Source: a virus
Reading direction: 5' to 3' (one strand)
DNA: 64,000 bases
IMG/VR virus record: IMGVR_UViG_3300008255_000111
Coordinates: 40,953 to 104,952 of that record
In this document: positions 34,844-44,965 of the stretch, piece by piece
Numbering within the stretch: position 1 is the first letter of the stretch
How the letters are laid out: each line of letters begins with the position of its first letter
Position numbers and translations under genes: made by a program
Notes under the pieces: generated by a model
Database searches by the model: none
The model's input: the letters and a program-made list of their open reading frames with translations, nothing else
Told to the model about the DNA's origin: nothing

Positions 34844-37822
34844 TTAGACCTTCTTGATCGCGCCACCAATCTCAAGCGACGCGGAGCTATCTGTGTAGCC
34901 TGTGCCACCTCCGTTTTGGATGATCAGGTTGTTGATCAGTCCGTTGCCCGCCGCCGCCTCAAAGACGATCGCTTGATCGTTACTGCCACCGTTGACGCTG
35001 AGGTTAGCCACCAGCGCTCGCGCGCCCGTTGCCGTCAAGAGGCGGGCAGACACCGTGTCAGCCGTCACGAGCCGCCCACCGTTGACCACGCAGTCTGCGC
35101 CTGCAACAACAACGTTGCTCCCGCCAGCCGTGAGGGCCGCCGTGTAAACCTGCACGTTGTTTAAGCAGACGTTATCGCTCTCGATGAGCACACCTGCCGC
35201 GCAGTCCGCAGAGTCCACGAACACTTGCAGGTTACTGACGTTGAGCCCGCTACCTAATGGTGAGTTATTATTGAGCTTCACTGGCGTGACGCTTGAGACA
35301 GTCGCGATGGCGCCGGGGTAGCGCGCCTCGACGTTGACGATAGAGCCGCCCAAGCCAGACGCGTTAAGCAGCGTCTCGTAGTGCGTGCCGTTCGCTGCCA
35401 AGAACACAAGGTTGCTCAGTTGGCCACCAAGCGAAGGCGCATCTGCCTCAAGCGGGCAGTCGAGAAAGCGACACCCATCGACCAAGAGGCGCGCGGCGTT
35501 AAGGAACACGCCGTTGTTTCCACCAAGCGCGGTGACGTTGCGGCAATCAAAGGTGCATCCCCTAAAGAGGATGGACCCTGTGTTGCTCCCCCCAAGCGCT
35601 AAGAATGCCGTGCCCGGCCCGCTCCCGGTCCCGACCTCAAAGTGACAGTCCTCGAAGATCACCTCTTGGTTGGCATCCAAGGTCGATGAGTCCACGATCT
35701 TGTCCCCATAGAGACGACACCTTCTCAGCGTAAGGGGAAGCCCTGATGCGTTGGAGGGGATGCGCAAGGCTTCATCCCAGACCGCTGTACTTGGCGTGCC
35801 CGAGTAGTAGAGGTCCACGTCTTCGATCAGGATGTTGGCGCCATCTGCGTTAATCAGCTCGCCCGCTCCAAAGATGCCAGACCCGGAGTACCTGAAGCTC
35901 AGGTTGCGCAGAACTGAGTTGTCATTGAGCTTGATCTTGGTGCCAGAGAAGCCGTCCACAAGCACAGTCACCAAGCTGCCATCTCCCTCGATGATCACGT
36001 TGCGCGTCAACGTACCTGATGCCACGTCGGAGGCGGCGAGCGTAAAGCCCTGCATGATCTTGATCGTGGCGCGCGGCTGCACCAGAGATGGGTTAGAGCT
36101 TGTCGTGAGCGCCACATAAAGCAACGCCTGAGACAGCGACGTGAAGTGAGGCTGTTGGTTCGGGTGGTTGGGCGTCAGTGATGGACCAACAAGGATCTCG
36201 GGTGCAATCGATTGCAGCGGCGTCCCGAAGGTTCGCAAGTCAACAATCGAGATGATGGTGCCCACAGACACCTCGACATAAAACAGCGGGATGCGATCAG
36301 CGGTGGTGGTGTACGCCCCAAACGTTGAGAACGACTTAACCCCTGCCGTCGTCACATAGACCACATAGAAGTCATCGACCGCTGGAAGCACCACAGAGCC
36401 CGCAGTCACTACAACGTTGTCGTCGTACTCGGTGGCGCCCGATTCACGCCTCAGAAGCCCCTGAGTGAGCGAGAGCGTCCTCGGAGCGACAAATGTGGGC
36501 TCAAGGCCGCTCAAGAGCTGACGGCCAAGCAGCGGGCTCGTGGCGCCGTAGAGCGCAGAGCCCCTCACGGCATCCCTGATGAGCGAGTCCTCAATCGTCT
36601 TGCCGTAACCTGCCTCGGTCAGCGTCGCCAGCAAGGAGCCTGCATAGCTGCGCGGATCACCAAAGCCGGGAAGCTCCACGAAGGTGTTGTGATCCATGAA
36701 GCCTAAGCGCCCGTCGTTTGTCCCCACAAGCGAGATGCGCGCGTCAGTGTAGCTCAACTCAGTATCACCAGCGATCAGCTCAACAGCCCTAAGCGGCGCT
36801 TGGGCCGCAAGCCCTGAGAAGGCCGTCCCGTCTGGTCTGGTGATGTAGACCTCGCAGTTGTCGATCACATACTGGCCCGAACCACCGGGCGGGTTGAAGG
36901 CGAAGACCGACAGGGTGAAAAGCTCAGCATCGGTGCTCACAGCGGGCACCTCGATCATAAAGCCGTAGCTCTCGAAGCCCGCGACCGAGCCCCCCTCAAG
37001 GTACGTCTGCGAGAACAAGATCCCCTCAGAGCCCGCTGCCCATTCCGAGAGCCTGACGTTGAGGTTAGTCGTCGCGCTCAGCACGCCTTGAGTCTTAATC
37101 CTAAAGCGCACGAACAAGAGATCGTTCTCCCTGACATCGAAGATGCTCACCCTCAGCGCGCTGGTTGTCGGAGGGCCGACTGCCACAGAAGACCCAAGGA
37201 TGGCGCTATAATCATCACCATCGCCAGCAGTCGTGTCGAGCTGGTAGACGCCGCCTTGTTGGATGTCCCAGCCCGCAAAGCCAGCGCGGAAGCTGCTGTT
37301 AGGGGCAAGCGACTGCCAGCCCTGAAGGCCGTTCCTGAAGACCCCTGCCCATTGTGCTGTGGCGTGGTCACAGTGCTCGTTTGTGATGGCGCCCACAGAA
37401 GGCACTCGGACGCTTCCGAGCGAGATCGCGGAGTTGATCCAGAGCGCGCCAAGCTCGGCTGCGTCCACAACCCTATATTCTGCGCTGGTGGCCCCAGCCG
37501 TCGTATAGTTCACATAGATGAAGAAATAGACGCGCGTGCCTGCGAAGGCGGCCAAGTCAAACGAGGGCTCAGCAGTCTCAAGAATCGTCAGCGCAAGTCG
37601 GTTCACCTCGTCAGGCACGAAGGCGAGCGAGTCATTGAAGACCGCAGACCTCGCCAACTTCACCACTGCGCCAGCGACAGGCACAAGCCTAAACCCTCGG
37701 GCCAAGCCCATGCGACCGCTGACGAACAAGCCTCTATTTAGCGACTCGGAGGTGTACGTCTCCTCGAAGCGAGTCCTGATCTTAGACGGCGTGATCACTG
37801 CCGTGGGCGCTAGAATGGTCAT
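34844..37822 (-). CDS. tail fibre/spike with probable C-terminal beta-helix
   Basis: 992 aa; position after the baseplate genes; repeated beta-helix-like strings (VIFEDCHFE, ILFRGCTFD, LLVDGCRF, LNVSNLQV). Confidence 0.7.
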   Translation of the reverse strand: MTILAPTAVITPSKIRTRFEETYTSESLNRGLFVSGRMGLARGFRLVPVAGAVVKLARSAVFNDSLAFVPDEVNRLALTILETAEPSFDLAAFAGTRVYFFIYVNYTTAGATSAEYRVVDAAELGALWINSAISLGSVRVPSVGAITNEHCDHATAQWAGVFRNGLQGWQSLAPNSSFRAGFAGWDIQQGGVYQLDTTAGDGDDYSAILGSSVAVGPPTTSALRVSIFDVRENDLLFVRFRIKTQGVLSATTNLNVRLSEWAAGSEGILFSQTYLEGGSVAGFESYGFMIEVPAVSTDAELFTLSVFAFNPPGGSGQYVIDNCEVYITRPDGTAFSGLAAQAPLRAVELIAGDTELSYTDARISLVGTNDGRLGFMDHNTFVELPGFGDPRSYAGSLLATLTEAGYGKTIEDSLIRDAVRGSALYGATSPLLGRQLLSGLEPTFVAPRTLSLTQGLLRRESGATEYDDNVVVTAGSVVLPAVDDFYVVYVTTAGVKSFSTFGAYTTTADRIPLFYVEVSVGTIISIVDLRTFGTPLQSIAPEILVGPSLTPNHPNQQPHFTSLSQALLYVALTTSSNPSLVQPRATIKIMQGFTLAASDVASGTLTRNVIIEGDGSLVTVLVDGFSGTKIKLNDNSVLRNLSFRYSGSGIFGAGELINADGANILIEDVDLYYSGTPSTAVWDEALRIPSNASGLPLTLRRCRLYGDKIVDSSTLDANQEVIFEDCHFEVGTGSGPGTAFLALGGSNTGSILFRGCTFDCRNVTALGGNNGVFLNAARLLVDGCRFLDCPLEADAPSLGGQLSNLVFLAANGTHYETLLNASGLGGSIVNVEARYPGAIATVSSVTPVKLNNNSPLGSGLNVSNLQVFVDSADCAAGVLIESDNVCLNNVQVYTAALTAGGSNVVVAGADCVVNGGRLVTADTVSARLLTATGARALVANLSVNGGSNDQAIVFEAAAGNGLINNLIIQNGGGTGYTDSSASLEIGGAIKKV
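36202..36217. repeat. palindrome variant GTGCAATCGATTGCAG, copy 11 (in-frame LQSIA)
   Basis: One terminal mismatch. Confidence 0.85.
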
Positions 37823-37850
37823 GATTCACCTCTTGAGTCGATTCCAGATA

Positions 37851-38387
37851 TTAGGTGGAGGCCGGGATGTGGGCGCGCGCTTCAAGACCCCTGGTCACAT
37901 CTTTGGTCGTCGGGTCGAACGTGCCATACAAGATCATCGTATCGTCTACGCGGCCCGTTGCAGCTTGGACTAAGGCTACCGCTGAGGCGTTGTCAAAAAC
38001 ACCCCACTCAGCAAACCGATAGTTGGGCGCGTTGTTTTCTTCGGCCTTCTCTAGTCGCGCGAGCACGGTCGTGAAGTTGGCGCCAGGAGCACCAACGACC
38101 GAGGCATTAAACTGCACCTCTGTCGCGAGATCCAACGGATAAAGAGCGCTGGCATGACTATACCCAGGGTAAAGCCCTGGGTTGGTGATGATCTCAAGGT
38201 CGGTGTTAGTCACGAACAGATCAGGATCACGCGCCACATCAACGCCAGATACCGTCTCCCAACCACCCTCACCATACTTGATCCCATAGAACAAGCGGTA
38301 GCCAGCGGGATACCAAGTGTCGTAGTTCGCCAGGAAGCGCGCGATCATCTCACGCCCAAAATCCGTTATCACTGCTCGCGTTGTCAT
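37851..38387 (-). CDS. tail-fibre attachment/collar-like protein
   Basis: VITDFGREMIA N-terminus, FAEWGVFD and MILYGTF..TTKD resemble fibre N-terminal domains. Confidence 0.55.
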   Translation of the reverse strand: MTTRAVITDFGREMIARFLANYDTWYPAGYRLFYGIKYGEGGWETVSGVDVARDPDLFVTNTDLEIITNPGLYPGYSHASALYPLDLATEVQFNASVVGAPGANFTTVLARLEKAEENNAPNYRFAEWGVFDNASAVALVQAATGRVDDTMILYGTFDPTTKDVTRGLEARAHIPAST

Positions 38388-38397
38388 CTCAAACTCC

Positions 38398-40110
38398 TCA
38401 GAAGATCGTTAGGCTTGCGCTCACGACGTGCAAGTTGGTGTCAACTGGTTGAACGTCTGCCGGGATCTGGTCAAACCTGTCACCAAGGAGGTGTCCAGGC
38501 AAAAGACCGTCCAGCTCGATGAACAGCTCTCCAGTCAGCGCTTGCGCCAATAGTCCTGTTACTACCGCTGAGACGGTCACATCCTTTGACACAAGGCGGA
38601 TATGCAGCGGGATATATCGATCGAGCTTGTCTGATATTCTCTGCACCAACAAGCTCAGATCAGCGGCCCCGTCAACTAACACGTCTGTGGGCGTGATCTC
38701 AAAGAAGTAGACCGCCGCTCTCTTATAGTTTGGCAGGCAAGCAAACTGCGGCTTAGCGATCAGCGAGGCCGCACCTACTGCCGGGGGAGCGGGGGCCGTC
38801 CCGCCAGCAGGACCGAGCACGCACACCCCAACCCCGTCCGCCGTCACGACCACATCTGAGCCCACCTGAACGCCAGGGATCGTCACCGCTGAGAATACCC
38901 CCGTTAGATAGTCGATGGTGCCTGCTGCGGGCACGCCATTAAGCGGGCTCACAAGCTGACCTTGGCCGTTGTCCAACCAAGTGATCGTATCGCCCGTCAC
39001 ATCATAGACCACCTCGACAACAACGCTGCCGGGCCTGATGCGAGTCATTGCTCCAAGTAGGCCGTTGAGCACGACCATTGAGGCTGCCGCAACAATAACC
39101 TCACGCTCAGGGTAAGAGATGCGCTCGATGTAGTAGGTGGCGCCAAGACTGTCTTGAATCTGCCAGTTTGTTGAGGCAAGGATGTTCTTCCAGTCTGCTT
39201 CAGGAAGGCGCAGGCAGTAGAGCCCGTCTACCTCATCAATTGAAGAAAGCGTCGTCGGCAGCACAACGTCTGTCCGGCGATCCACGGGGATCAAGTCGGC
39301 AGGAAGCTGATCGAAGAAATGAAACAGCGGCGGCGCCGAGGTGAAGTACCTCATCACACCATCAATCTCGACCTTGAAGGCGGCGTTGGCGTCGATCGCG
39401 ATCATGTTCAGGTAGCGCGACTGATCGATGCAGTAAGCTGTCGTGAGCTGCACCTGAAAGCCGTATATCTTGCCCAGGAGCGTGAAAAGGCGCTCGCACA
39501 CCTTCAAGTCTCGGATCAGCGGCTCACGGTAAAGCAGGCGCCTTGTGTATTTTGGAGGATCAACCCTGTCAGCGTAGAGCCCAAGGTTATCGCCAAGCCT
39601 CACAAGGAGGTCTGGAGGTCGAACCCCTATCGTCGCCCCGATCGTCTCCCGCGTGTAGATGTCGATCGTTCGCTCATAAGCATCCACAGCTCTCACTGGC
39701 GCCAAGCTCTGACCCACGACGGCGATCCAGCCGTCTTGCTGATAGACGCCATCGCTCAAGCTCTGAGGCCACATCGCGAACAAAGCGGCGTCATCGGAGG
39801 ACGACAATCTGACACGCCAGAGGTTCGGCTCCAGCTCAACCGCGCTCGTCACCGTCAACGTCCTCTCCAACTCCTGCCCAGAAGGCGCAAGCGTCGGATC
39901 TCTCAGCTCGACGAACGCCCACGCTTTGACCAACGACTCCATCAGGATGTCCGCCACAACATAGAGATACGTCTTGAGGTCGCCGCCAAAGTTGGCGTCA
40001 TCCTCCTGCTGCTGTAACGGGATCGTCCTGTCGTAGATCGCAGCGTGGGTCGTTTCTTCTATCCCAAAGTAGCCAGACCCAAAAGGTCGTCCGCCAAAGC
40101 CAAAGCTCAT
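38398..40110 (-). CDS. baseplate wedge protein (P2 gpI/T4 gp7-like)
   Basis: Follows the J-like gene; LVRLGDNLG...RRLL...LFTLLGKIYG and KLDRYIPLHIR. Confidence 0.6.
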   Translation of the reverse strand: MSFGFGGRPFGSGYFGIEETTHAAIYDRTIPLQQQEDDANFGGDLKTYLYVVADILMESLVKAWAFVELRDPTLAPSGQELERTLTVTSAVELEPNLWRVRLSSSDDAALFAMWPQSLSDGVYQQDGWIAVVGQSLAPVRAVDAYERTIDIYTRETIGATIGVRPPDLLVRLGDNLGLYADRVDPPKYTRRLLYREPLIRDLKVCERLFTLLGKIYGFQVQLTTAYCIDQSRYLNMIAIDANAAFKVEIDGVMRYFTSAPPLFHFFDQLPADLIPVDRRTDVVLPTTLSSIDEVDGLYCLRLPEADWKNILASTNWQIQDSLGATYYIERISYPEREVIVAAASMVVLNGLLGAMTRIRPGSVVVEVVYDVTGDTITWLDNGQGQLVSPLNGVPAAGTIDYLTGVFSAVTIPGVQVGSDVVVTADGVGVCVLGPAGGTAPAPPAVGAASLIAKPQFACLPNYKRAAVYFFEITPTDVLVDGAADLSLLVQRISDKLDRYIPLHIRLVSKDVTVSAVVTGLLAQALTGELFIELDGLLPGHLLGDRFDQIPADVQPVDTNLHVVSASLTIF

Positions 40111-40556
40111 GCCCTTTCCCCTATCACGTTGCTCTCGACAAAGCCGACCGCCTCAGCGACGACTGCCGTGGTGTTGCCGACTGTCCTCAGCACGAGTGCG
40201 TCGCCAGGAAGTAAGACCAGATCAAGATCAAGCCTCACCAAGTTAGAGCCCTCGGTCGCTGAGTCGGTCAGTGCTGTCTCTTTGACAAGCTGGTCTTTAA
40301 GTACGTCGTGGTAAACCCCAAGCGTCCAGCTCACTGCGTCGCCCGCTGAGATCAACATTCGGCGCACGTTCACCGCTCGCGTGATAGAGAACCTAAAGTA
40401 GCCGTTTTCGGTCCTACCTTCATAGGTGGCGATGGCATTGTTGACTGAGCGGGCTGGGGCCGCCGCTGGAGGCGCGCCATTGAATGCAACACCAGCTCCA
40501 CCTATGAAGCGAATAGCGATCGGATCGTAAGCCTGCGGCCTAGAGTAACTTGACAT
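40107..40556 (-). CDS. hypothetical virion protein
   Basis: 149-aa ORF in the baseplate operon. Confidence 0.6.
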   Translation of the reverse strand: MSSYSRPQAYDPIAIRFIGGAGVAFNGAPPAAAPARSVNNAIATYEGRTENGYFRFSITRAVNVRRMLISAGDAVSWTLGVYHDVLKDQLVKETALTDSATEGSNLVRLDLDLVLLPGDALVLRTVGNTTAVVAEAVGFVESNVIGERA

Positions 40557-40573
40557 GATTGAACCTCGTGTGG

Positions 40574-41434
40574 TCAGAACGTTGTCACGATGTGAAGGGC
40601 GGCATTCCAGATGACCACGCTCTCACCAAGCCCATAGGGCGCGCCCAACGGATCGAGCCCAGCTTGAAGCTCGTAAGCCCGCTCACCTGCCGCCTGGAGC
40701 GTAAAGGCCGATGAGAACTTGGCAGGCTGATCACTGTTGAAGTCAAACGATGCCAGCTCGACCGGGGCGCCTGTGGTGTCGTAGAGCTTGACGAAGGCGG
40801 TCTGGCCGTCAACAAGGACGTTTGCTTCGATGTGGATCTCGTAGGTCTGCCCTTGAGCTTCGGCAAAGGTGTAGTTGGTTGCAGGATCAAGGCGAACGCG
40901 GCCAAGCACAGCAAGACCTTCCCCCTGATAGCCTGCCGTCACGAGCGGGATAACTTGGCGAAGCACATCCCCTTCAGTCACGCCACCGCTAGCGCCGCCC
41001 GCTGAGGTCTGGCCCGTCAAGACAAGCTGGCCGCCCATGATCCACAGCCGTTCGCCGTTGCGATAAAAGAGAAGCTGCGCGCTGTCTGAGTTCGGCACGT
41101 TGCCCGCAAGGATCTGTGGCACCAGGGAGTAGTTCTTGCTCGGAGGGTGCGGGATGTTCACATAGAGCCCGGCCCCGTCTGCAAGCAACAAAGACCCTGC
41201 TGCGATGGTGCCGATGAAACCCTTGGCGCCGTGAAAGAGCTTCATCTCGGGCCACGTCACAACGTAATCGACCCCAAACTCAATGTCATCCTGATGCACA
41301 AGCGCGAGGTTGCGGTGAGAGCGAGCTGAAAAGAGCATCTGATCGATAGAGTCGATCATCGACTTAAACTTGCCCCACCAGTTCACCTCGCCTTCTGATG
41401 GATAGGTGATGAGGGTTCTATTCGTCTGGGCCAT
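40574..41434 (-). CDS. hypothetical virion protein
   Basis: 286-aa ORF in the baseplate operon. Confidence 0.65.
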   Translation of the reverse strand: MAQTNRTLITYPSEGEVNWWGKFKSMIDSIDQMLFSARSHRNLALVHQDDIEFGVDYVVTWPEMKLFHGAKGFIGTIAAGSLLLADGAGLYVNIPHPPSKNYSLVPQILAGNVPNSDSAQLLFYRNGERLWIMGGQLVLTGQTSAGGASGGVTEGDVLRQVIPLVTAGYQGEGLAVLGRVRLDPATNYTFAEAQGQTYEIHIEANVLVDGQTAFVKLYDTTGAPVELASFDFNSDQPAKFSSAFTLQAAGERAYELQAGLDPLGAPYGLGESVVIWNAALHIVTTF

Positions 41435-43662
41435 TAGATCGCCTCCCTAGAGCCGTTAGGCAGTCTTCTGAAAAAATTGAAGGTTGGGCGATGAACGATC
41501 TCTCGCTCATCCACAGACAAGTTGCCCTCGCTGTCGATGAACGACTTAAGAAAGGCGGCACCTGTAAAGCCTGTGATCGTGATATTAACGCGCTCAAGCT
41601 CAAGAGACTCCAGCTCTTTATAAAGCTCGTCTAGATCGAGGTCACTGCCAAATGTCTTGCCCTTGATCAGCGCCTCAATCCTCGACTGGATGTCTGATTT
41701 GATCTTGAGCGGCTTGTCTCCTGGGATCTCCTGAAAGACCACGGTGAGCGTGGGAGCGACGAAGTAACCATCTCCAGATAGGACGCGAAACACCACGGAA
41801 GGCTCCTTGCGCGCATCAAGATACGCCTCAAGCGACTTCACAAGACCGTTGGGGGCCGCAGCATAGTAACCATCACTGTCGCGCGTCAAAATGGGCACCG
41901 TGATCAGGTTGGGGCCACACACGTCAGCGAAGACTCCATCAAGATGCTGCTCAAGCTCGGTGAGCTTATCAAGAGCGCCATTGTACGGGTTCACGAGGCG
42001 CTGCTGAAGGTCGTCAACCTCGTCATTGAAGCCGGACACCAACGGACCAACAAGCGCAAGAGCCGCGATCTCGTCCACAAGATCCGCCTGGGCGGTGGTT
42101 CGGCTCTGCGTCGCCGCATCAATCTGCGTCTCTTGCGATGACACCAGCGATCGTATCGTGGCCGTGCTCGCGATCACGCTACCCAACGAGTTGCTAACTG
42201 CCCCCGATGGTGATGTGACCTTTGAGACTTGCTCAGTGGCGCTGTCAGCCTGATCCAACAAGGCGATCAGTGAGCTGTACGTCGCTGGCGCGATCGTGCC
42301 GCCTGAGCCCACACCTACGATGGCCGACCTGATGCTGCTGAGCTGTGACTGAATCTGCGAGACGCTGTTGTCTGCTGTCGATACGCTTGTCTGGACAAAA
42401 GATGCCTCAGTAGAGAGGCCGTTTGACGCATCCCTAAGATCCACCACGTCGGAGTCGATCTGAGTGAGCGCTACATCTAGGGGAGAGCCCGCGTCAAGAT
42501 CATCTGCAATCGATTGCAGCGCTGCTCCAGTCGCAGTCAGCCGGGCTTGAATGTCAGTAGCAAGCGCAGCGATGGCCGTGTCGCTCAAAGCAATCTCAGC
42601 GAGCGCATCCACGATGAGGCCGCGAAGTTGCGTGATGATGCTCAAGCTCACCATGTCGTTATCGATCGAGGTCGCCAAAACAGCGCGCGCTGCCTCGACC
42701 GCCCCAAAGACAGGATCTCGATAGACGCCAACCAAGCCGTCAAAGTCACTCTTGACCACAACTGCGCCGTCGCTGTGCTTGGCGAGTGGGAGGCGCGCTT
42801 TTGTGATCACTGCCGTTTCTGGCGCCTTGCCGCCCCTCATGTCCGACGATTCTACCGTAAGAGGCAGCGGCGTCCCTAGCACGAGCAGATCGTCTGCCGC
42901 CCCTGTGATCTCACCTGCCGGAATGATGCCTTGCTCAGCTCGGGTAACTGCAAACTTCACAGCGATCGAAGCCCCATCAGGAGGGATGAGCCCAACGGCC
43001 CCGTCTCCAAACTCGATGTAGGGCGTGCTCGGCGTATAGGCGACTCGATAGACCGTCGTGTCTGTGTCAAGGAACGCGTCGCGCTCGGTCCACGTCACAC
43101 CATCGATCACAACCTCAAGCGATCGATATGCCAGGAACTCACCTACCGCCAAGCTGCCAAGGTTGAAGACCTGAAAAGGGGAGCCATCCGATCCAAAGGT
43201 CAGGTTCCTCGTCTCGCGCTGAGAGACATCGATCACCTGGGAAGCCGTTGAGCCCAGGGGGAACGTATAAGACTGCACAGCCTCATAGCGAAGGCCTTGC
43301 GGCCCAAGGAAGCCAAAGCCATTCGGCATGATCGCCGTTGAGACGGGGGCGGCCTGGGGTGTCACCACGAGCTGACCAGACGAAGGCACTGCACCTGCTG
43401 GGTTATAGGCGCGGGCCGCCGCATAGCGATCTAGCGCCTCTCGGCTTTGGATCGTGGGCAGGTAGACATCGTTGGCCTGCAAGTCCTGAAAGAAGTTGAC
43501 CAGCTCGGCCACATAGGACGCCTGATCCAAGAGCAGCGAGGTCAGATCATTGGTGAAGTCAAACGTCACACCCTTGGGCTCGTAGACCGCGCGCAGCTTG
43601 GATTTAACCTGCTGCACCAGGGTGTCAAAATCCTTACCCGCATAGAGTCGTTTAGTGGCCAT
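41434..43662 (-). CDS. baseplate wedge J/gp6-like protein with coiled-coil insertion
   Basis: KDFDTL, DVYLPT, YIEFGDGAVGLIPPDG, GGKAPET and AVVVKSDF. Confidence 0.85.
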   Translation of the reverse strand: MATKRLYAGKDFDTLVQQVKSKLRAVYEPKGVTFDFTNDLTSLLLDQASYVAELVNFFQDLQANDVYLPTIQSREALDRYAAARAYNPAGAVPSSGQLVVTPQAAPVSTAIMPNGFGFLGPQGLRYEAVQSYTFPLGSTASQVIDVSQRETRNLTFGSDGSPFQVFNLGSLAVGEFLAYRSLEVVIDGVTWTERDAFLDTDTTVYRVAYTPSTPYIEFGDGAVGLIPPDGASIAVKFAVTRAEQGIIPAGEITGAADDLLVLGTPLPLTVESSDMRGGKAPETAVITKARLPLAKHSDGAVVVKSDFDGLVGVYRDPVFGAVEAARAVLATSIDNDMVSLSIITQLRGLIVDALAEIALSDTAIAALATDIQARLTATGAALQSIADDLDAGSPLDVALTQIDSDVVDLRDASNGLSTEASFVQTSVSTADNSVSQIQSQLSSIRSAIVGVGSGGTIAPATYSSLIALLDQADSATEQVSKVTSPSGAVSNSLGSVIASTATIRSLVSSQETQIDAATQSRTTAQADLVDEIAALALVGPLVSGFNDEVDDLQQRLVNPYNGALDKLTELEQHLDGVFADVCGPNLITVPILTRDSDGYYAAAPNGLVKSLEAYLDARKEPSVVFRVLSGDGYFVAPTLTVVFQEIPGDKPLKIKSDIQSRIEALIKGKTFGSDLDLDELYKELESLELERVNITITGFTGAAFLKSFIDSEGNLSVDEREIVHRPTFNFFRRLPNGSREAI
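42504..42519. repeat. 16-bp palindrome, copy 12 (in-frame LQSIA in the coiled-coil insertion)
   Basis: Exact match. Confidence 0.95.
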
Positions 43663-43673
43663 CAGACACCTCT

Positions 43674-44036
43674 TTAAATCTGGTTCACGCGCTGGCGCGT
43701 TGCATAAGTCTTGCCCCTAAACGACCAGACAACTTCGATATCAAGGTAGCGCACATCGCCCGATTGAATATACCCCGCCAACACCGCCTCGACAGTTAAC
43801 CGGGGCTCGTTGCGTGTCAGCCCAAGCGTGATCTCTCGACGCACGCTGGCTTTGACCAGCTCAGATTCATTCTCAAAGAGATAGGCATCAAGGCGTTGAC
43901 CGTTGCTATCACTATAAACTCGCTCCCCGAAGCGCTGGCTCAGAAACTGCGACACAGCTGAAGCGACAAGATCCTCATCAGCGGCAGCAACGGGAGCGCC
44001 CGCGTTTATCCTGAACGGGTAGGCAATTCCAAGCAT
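43674..44036 (-). CDS. gp25/GPW-like baseplate protein
   Basis: GIAYPF, FGERV, YLFEN and NEPRLTV. Confidence 0.85.
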   Translation of the reverse strand: MLGIAYPFRINAGAPVAAADEDLVASAVSQFLSQRFGERVYSDSNGQRLDAYLFENESELVKASVRREITLGLTRNEPRLTVEAVLAGYIQSGDVRYLDIEVVWSFRGKTYATRQRVNQI

Positions 44037-44052
44037 ATCGCGCTCCTTCAAG

Positions 44053-44068
44053 CTGCAATCGATTGCAG
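44053..44068. repeat. 16-bp palindrome, copy 13 (extends to 20 bp)
   Basis: Exact match; occupies much of the short gap between the spike stop and the gp25 RBS. Confidence 0.95.
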
Positions 44069-44965
44069 CTAGCTGGTGAAAGTCTTTTTGGAGATCATCC
44101 CTGCGTTGGGCGAAGGCGGAGGAACAATCGGTGGGGTCGTGGGCGAGCCTGGAGCGGGAGTCACGATATTATGAACGTGAGTGGCCTTCCAGATAAAGTC
44201 CTGCAAGAGATACGACAACAGCAGCTCACCATAAACAAGCGGGTGAGATGCTGAGGCGTCACCAAGCCTTACCAGGGCAGCGCTCATGACTGCCAAGCGC
44301 GATTTAAGCTCAATCTCGCGCGCTGCTTCCAAGAGCGCTTTGCCCGATGCGAGTTTTATACTGTCGCCGCTTGAGTCTTTCACCTCAACATCTTTGTCGA
44401 GCGCGACCTGAGCGCCCTGCCTATGCAGCACGGTCAGCTTACCATCAGGATCGATCTTCACTGAGTCGCCGTTGGCCGTCTTTAAAGTGAGCAGGCCCGT
44501 TGGCGAGATCACAACCTCAGTCCCGGTCTTGTGCTTGATCTGGATCTGCTCATCACCATCAGCGTCTCGCACCTTGAAGGTGTGGCCCCCACGCGTGACG
44601 AAGCCCCTATCCTCCACATCAGTAAACCCTGGCGGTTTGCTGGCGCCAGGGGCGAAGCTGAGGTGGAAGTACATCAGGTCTTTGACCTCCCCCTGTCTGA
44701 ACCAAGCCCACACCTTCTCGCCAACCCGAGGCACGTTGTAGCTGCCGTAACCATCCCCAAAGGGCACCGGCCCAACCACAGGGTTAGCCCACGCAGGATG
44801 GGCCGCGTTGTTCTCAAGGTTAAGCGATGGGATCTTGAGCTTCACCCTACCCCGCTGGTCGGGATCTTCATTGTTCACAACCTCAGCAGGGTAGAGCGAG
44901 TAATAGCGCTGAAAATGCTCCAGCCCAAAGCGCTTCACTGACGAGATAAACCTCTCAATCGTCAT
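44069..44965 (-). CDS. baseplate central spike (gp5/gpV-like, OB-fold)
   Basis: EDPDQRGRVK..IP, VPRVGEKVWAWF..G and C-terminal THVH. Confidence 0.85.
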   Translation of the reverse strand: MTIERFISSVKRFGLEHFQRYYSLYPAEVVNNEDPDQRGRVKLKIPSLNLENNAAHPAWANPVVGPVPFGDGYGSYNVPRVGEKVWAWFRQGEVKDLMYFHLSFAPGASKPPGFTDVEDRGFVTRGGHTFKVRDADGDEQIQIKHKTGTEVVISPTGLLTLKTANGDSVKIDPDGKLTVLHRQGAQVALDKDVEVKDSSGDSIKLASGKALLEAAREIELKSRLAVMSAALVRLGDASASHPLVYGELLLSYLLQDFIWKATHVHNIVTPAPGSPTTPPIVPPPSPNAGMISKKTFTS

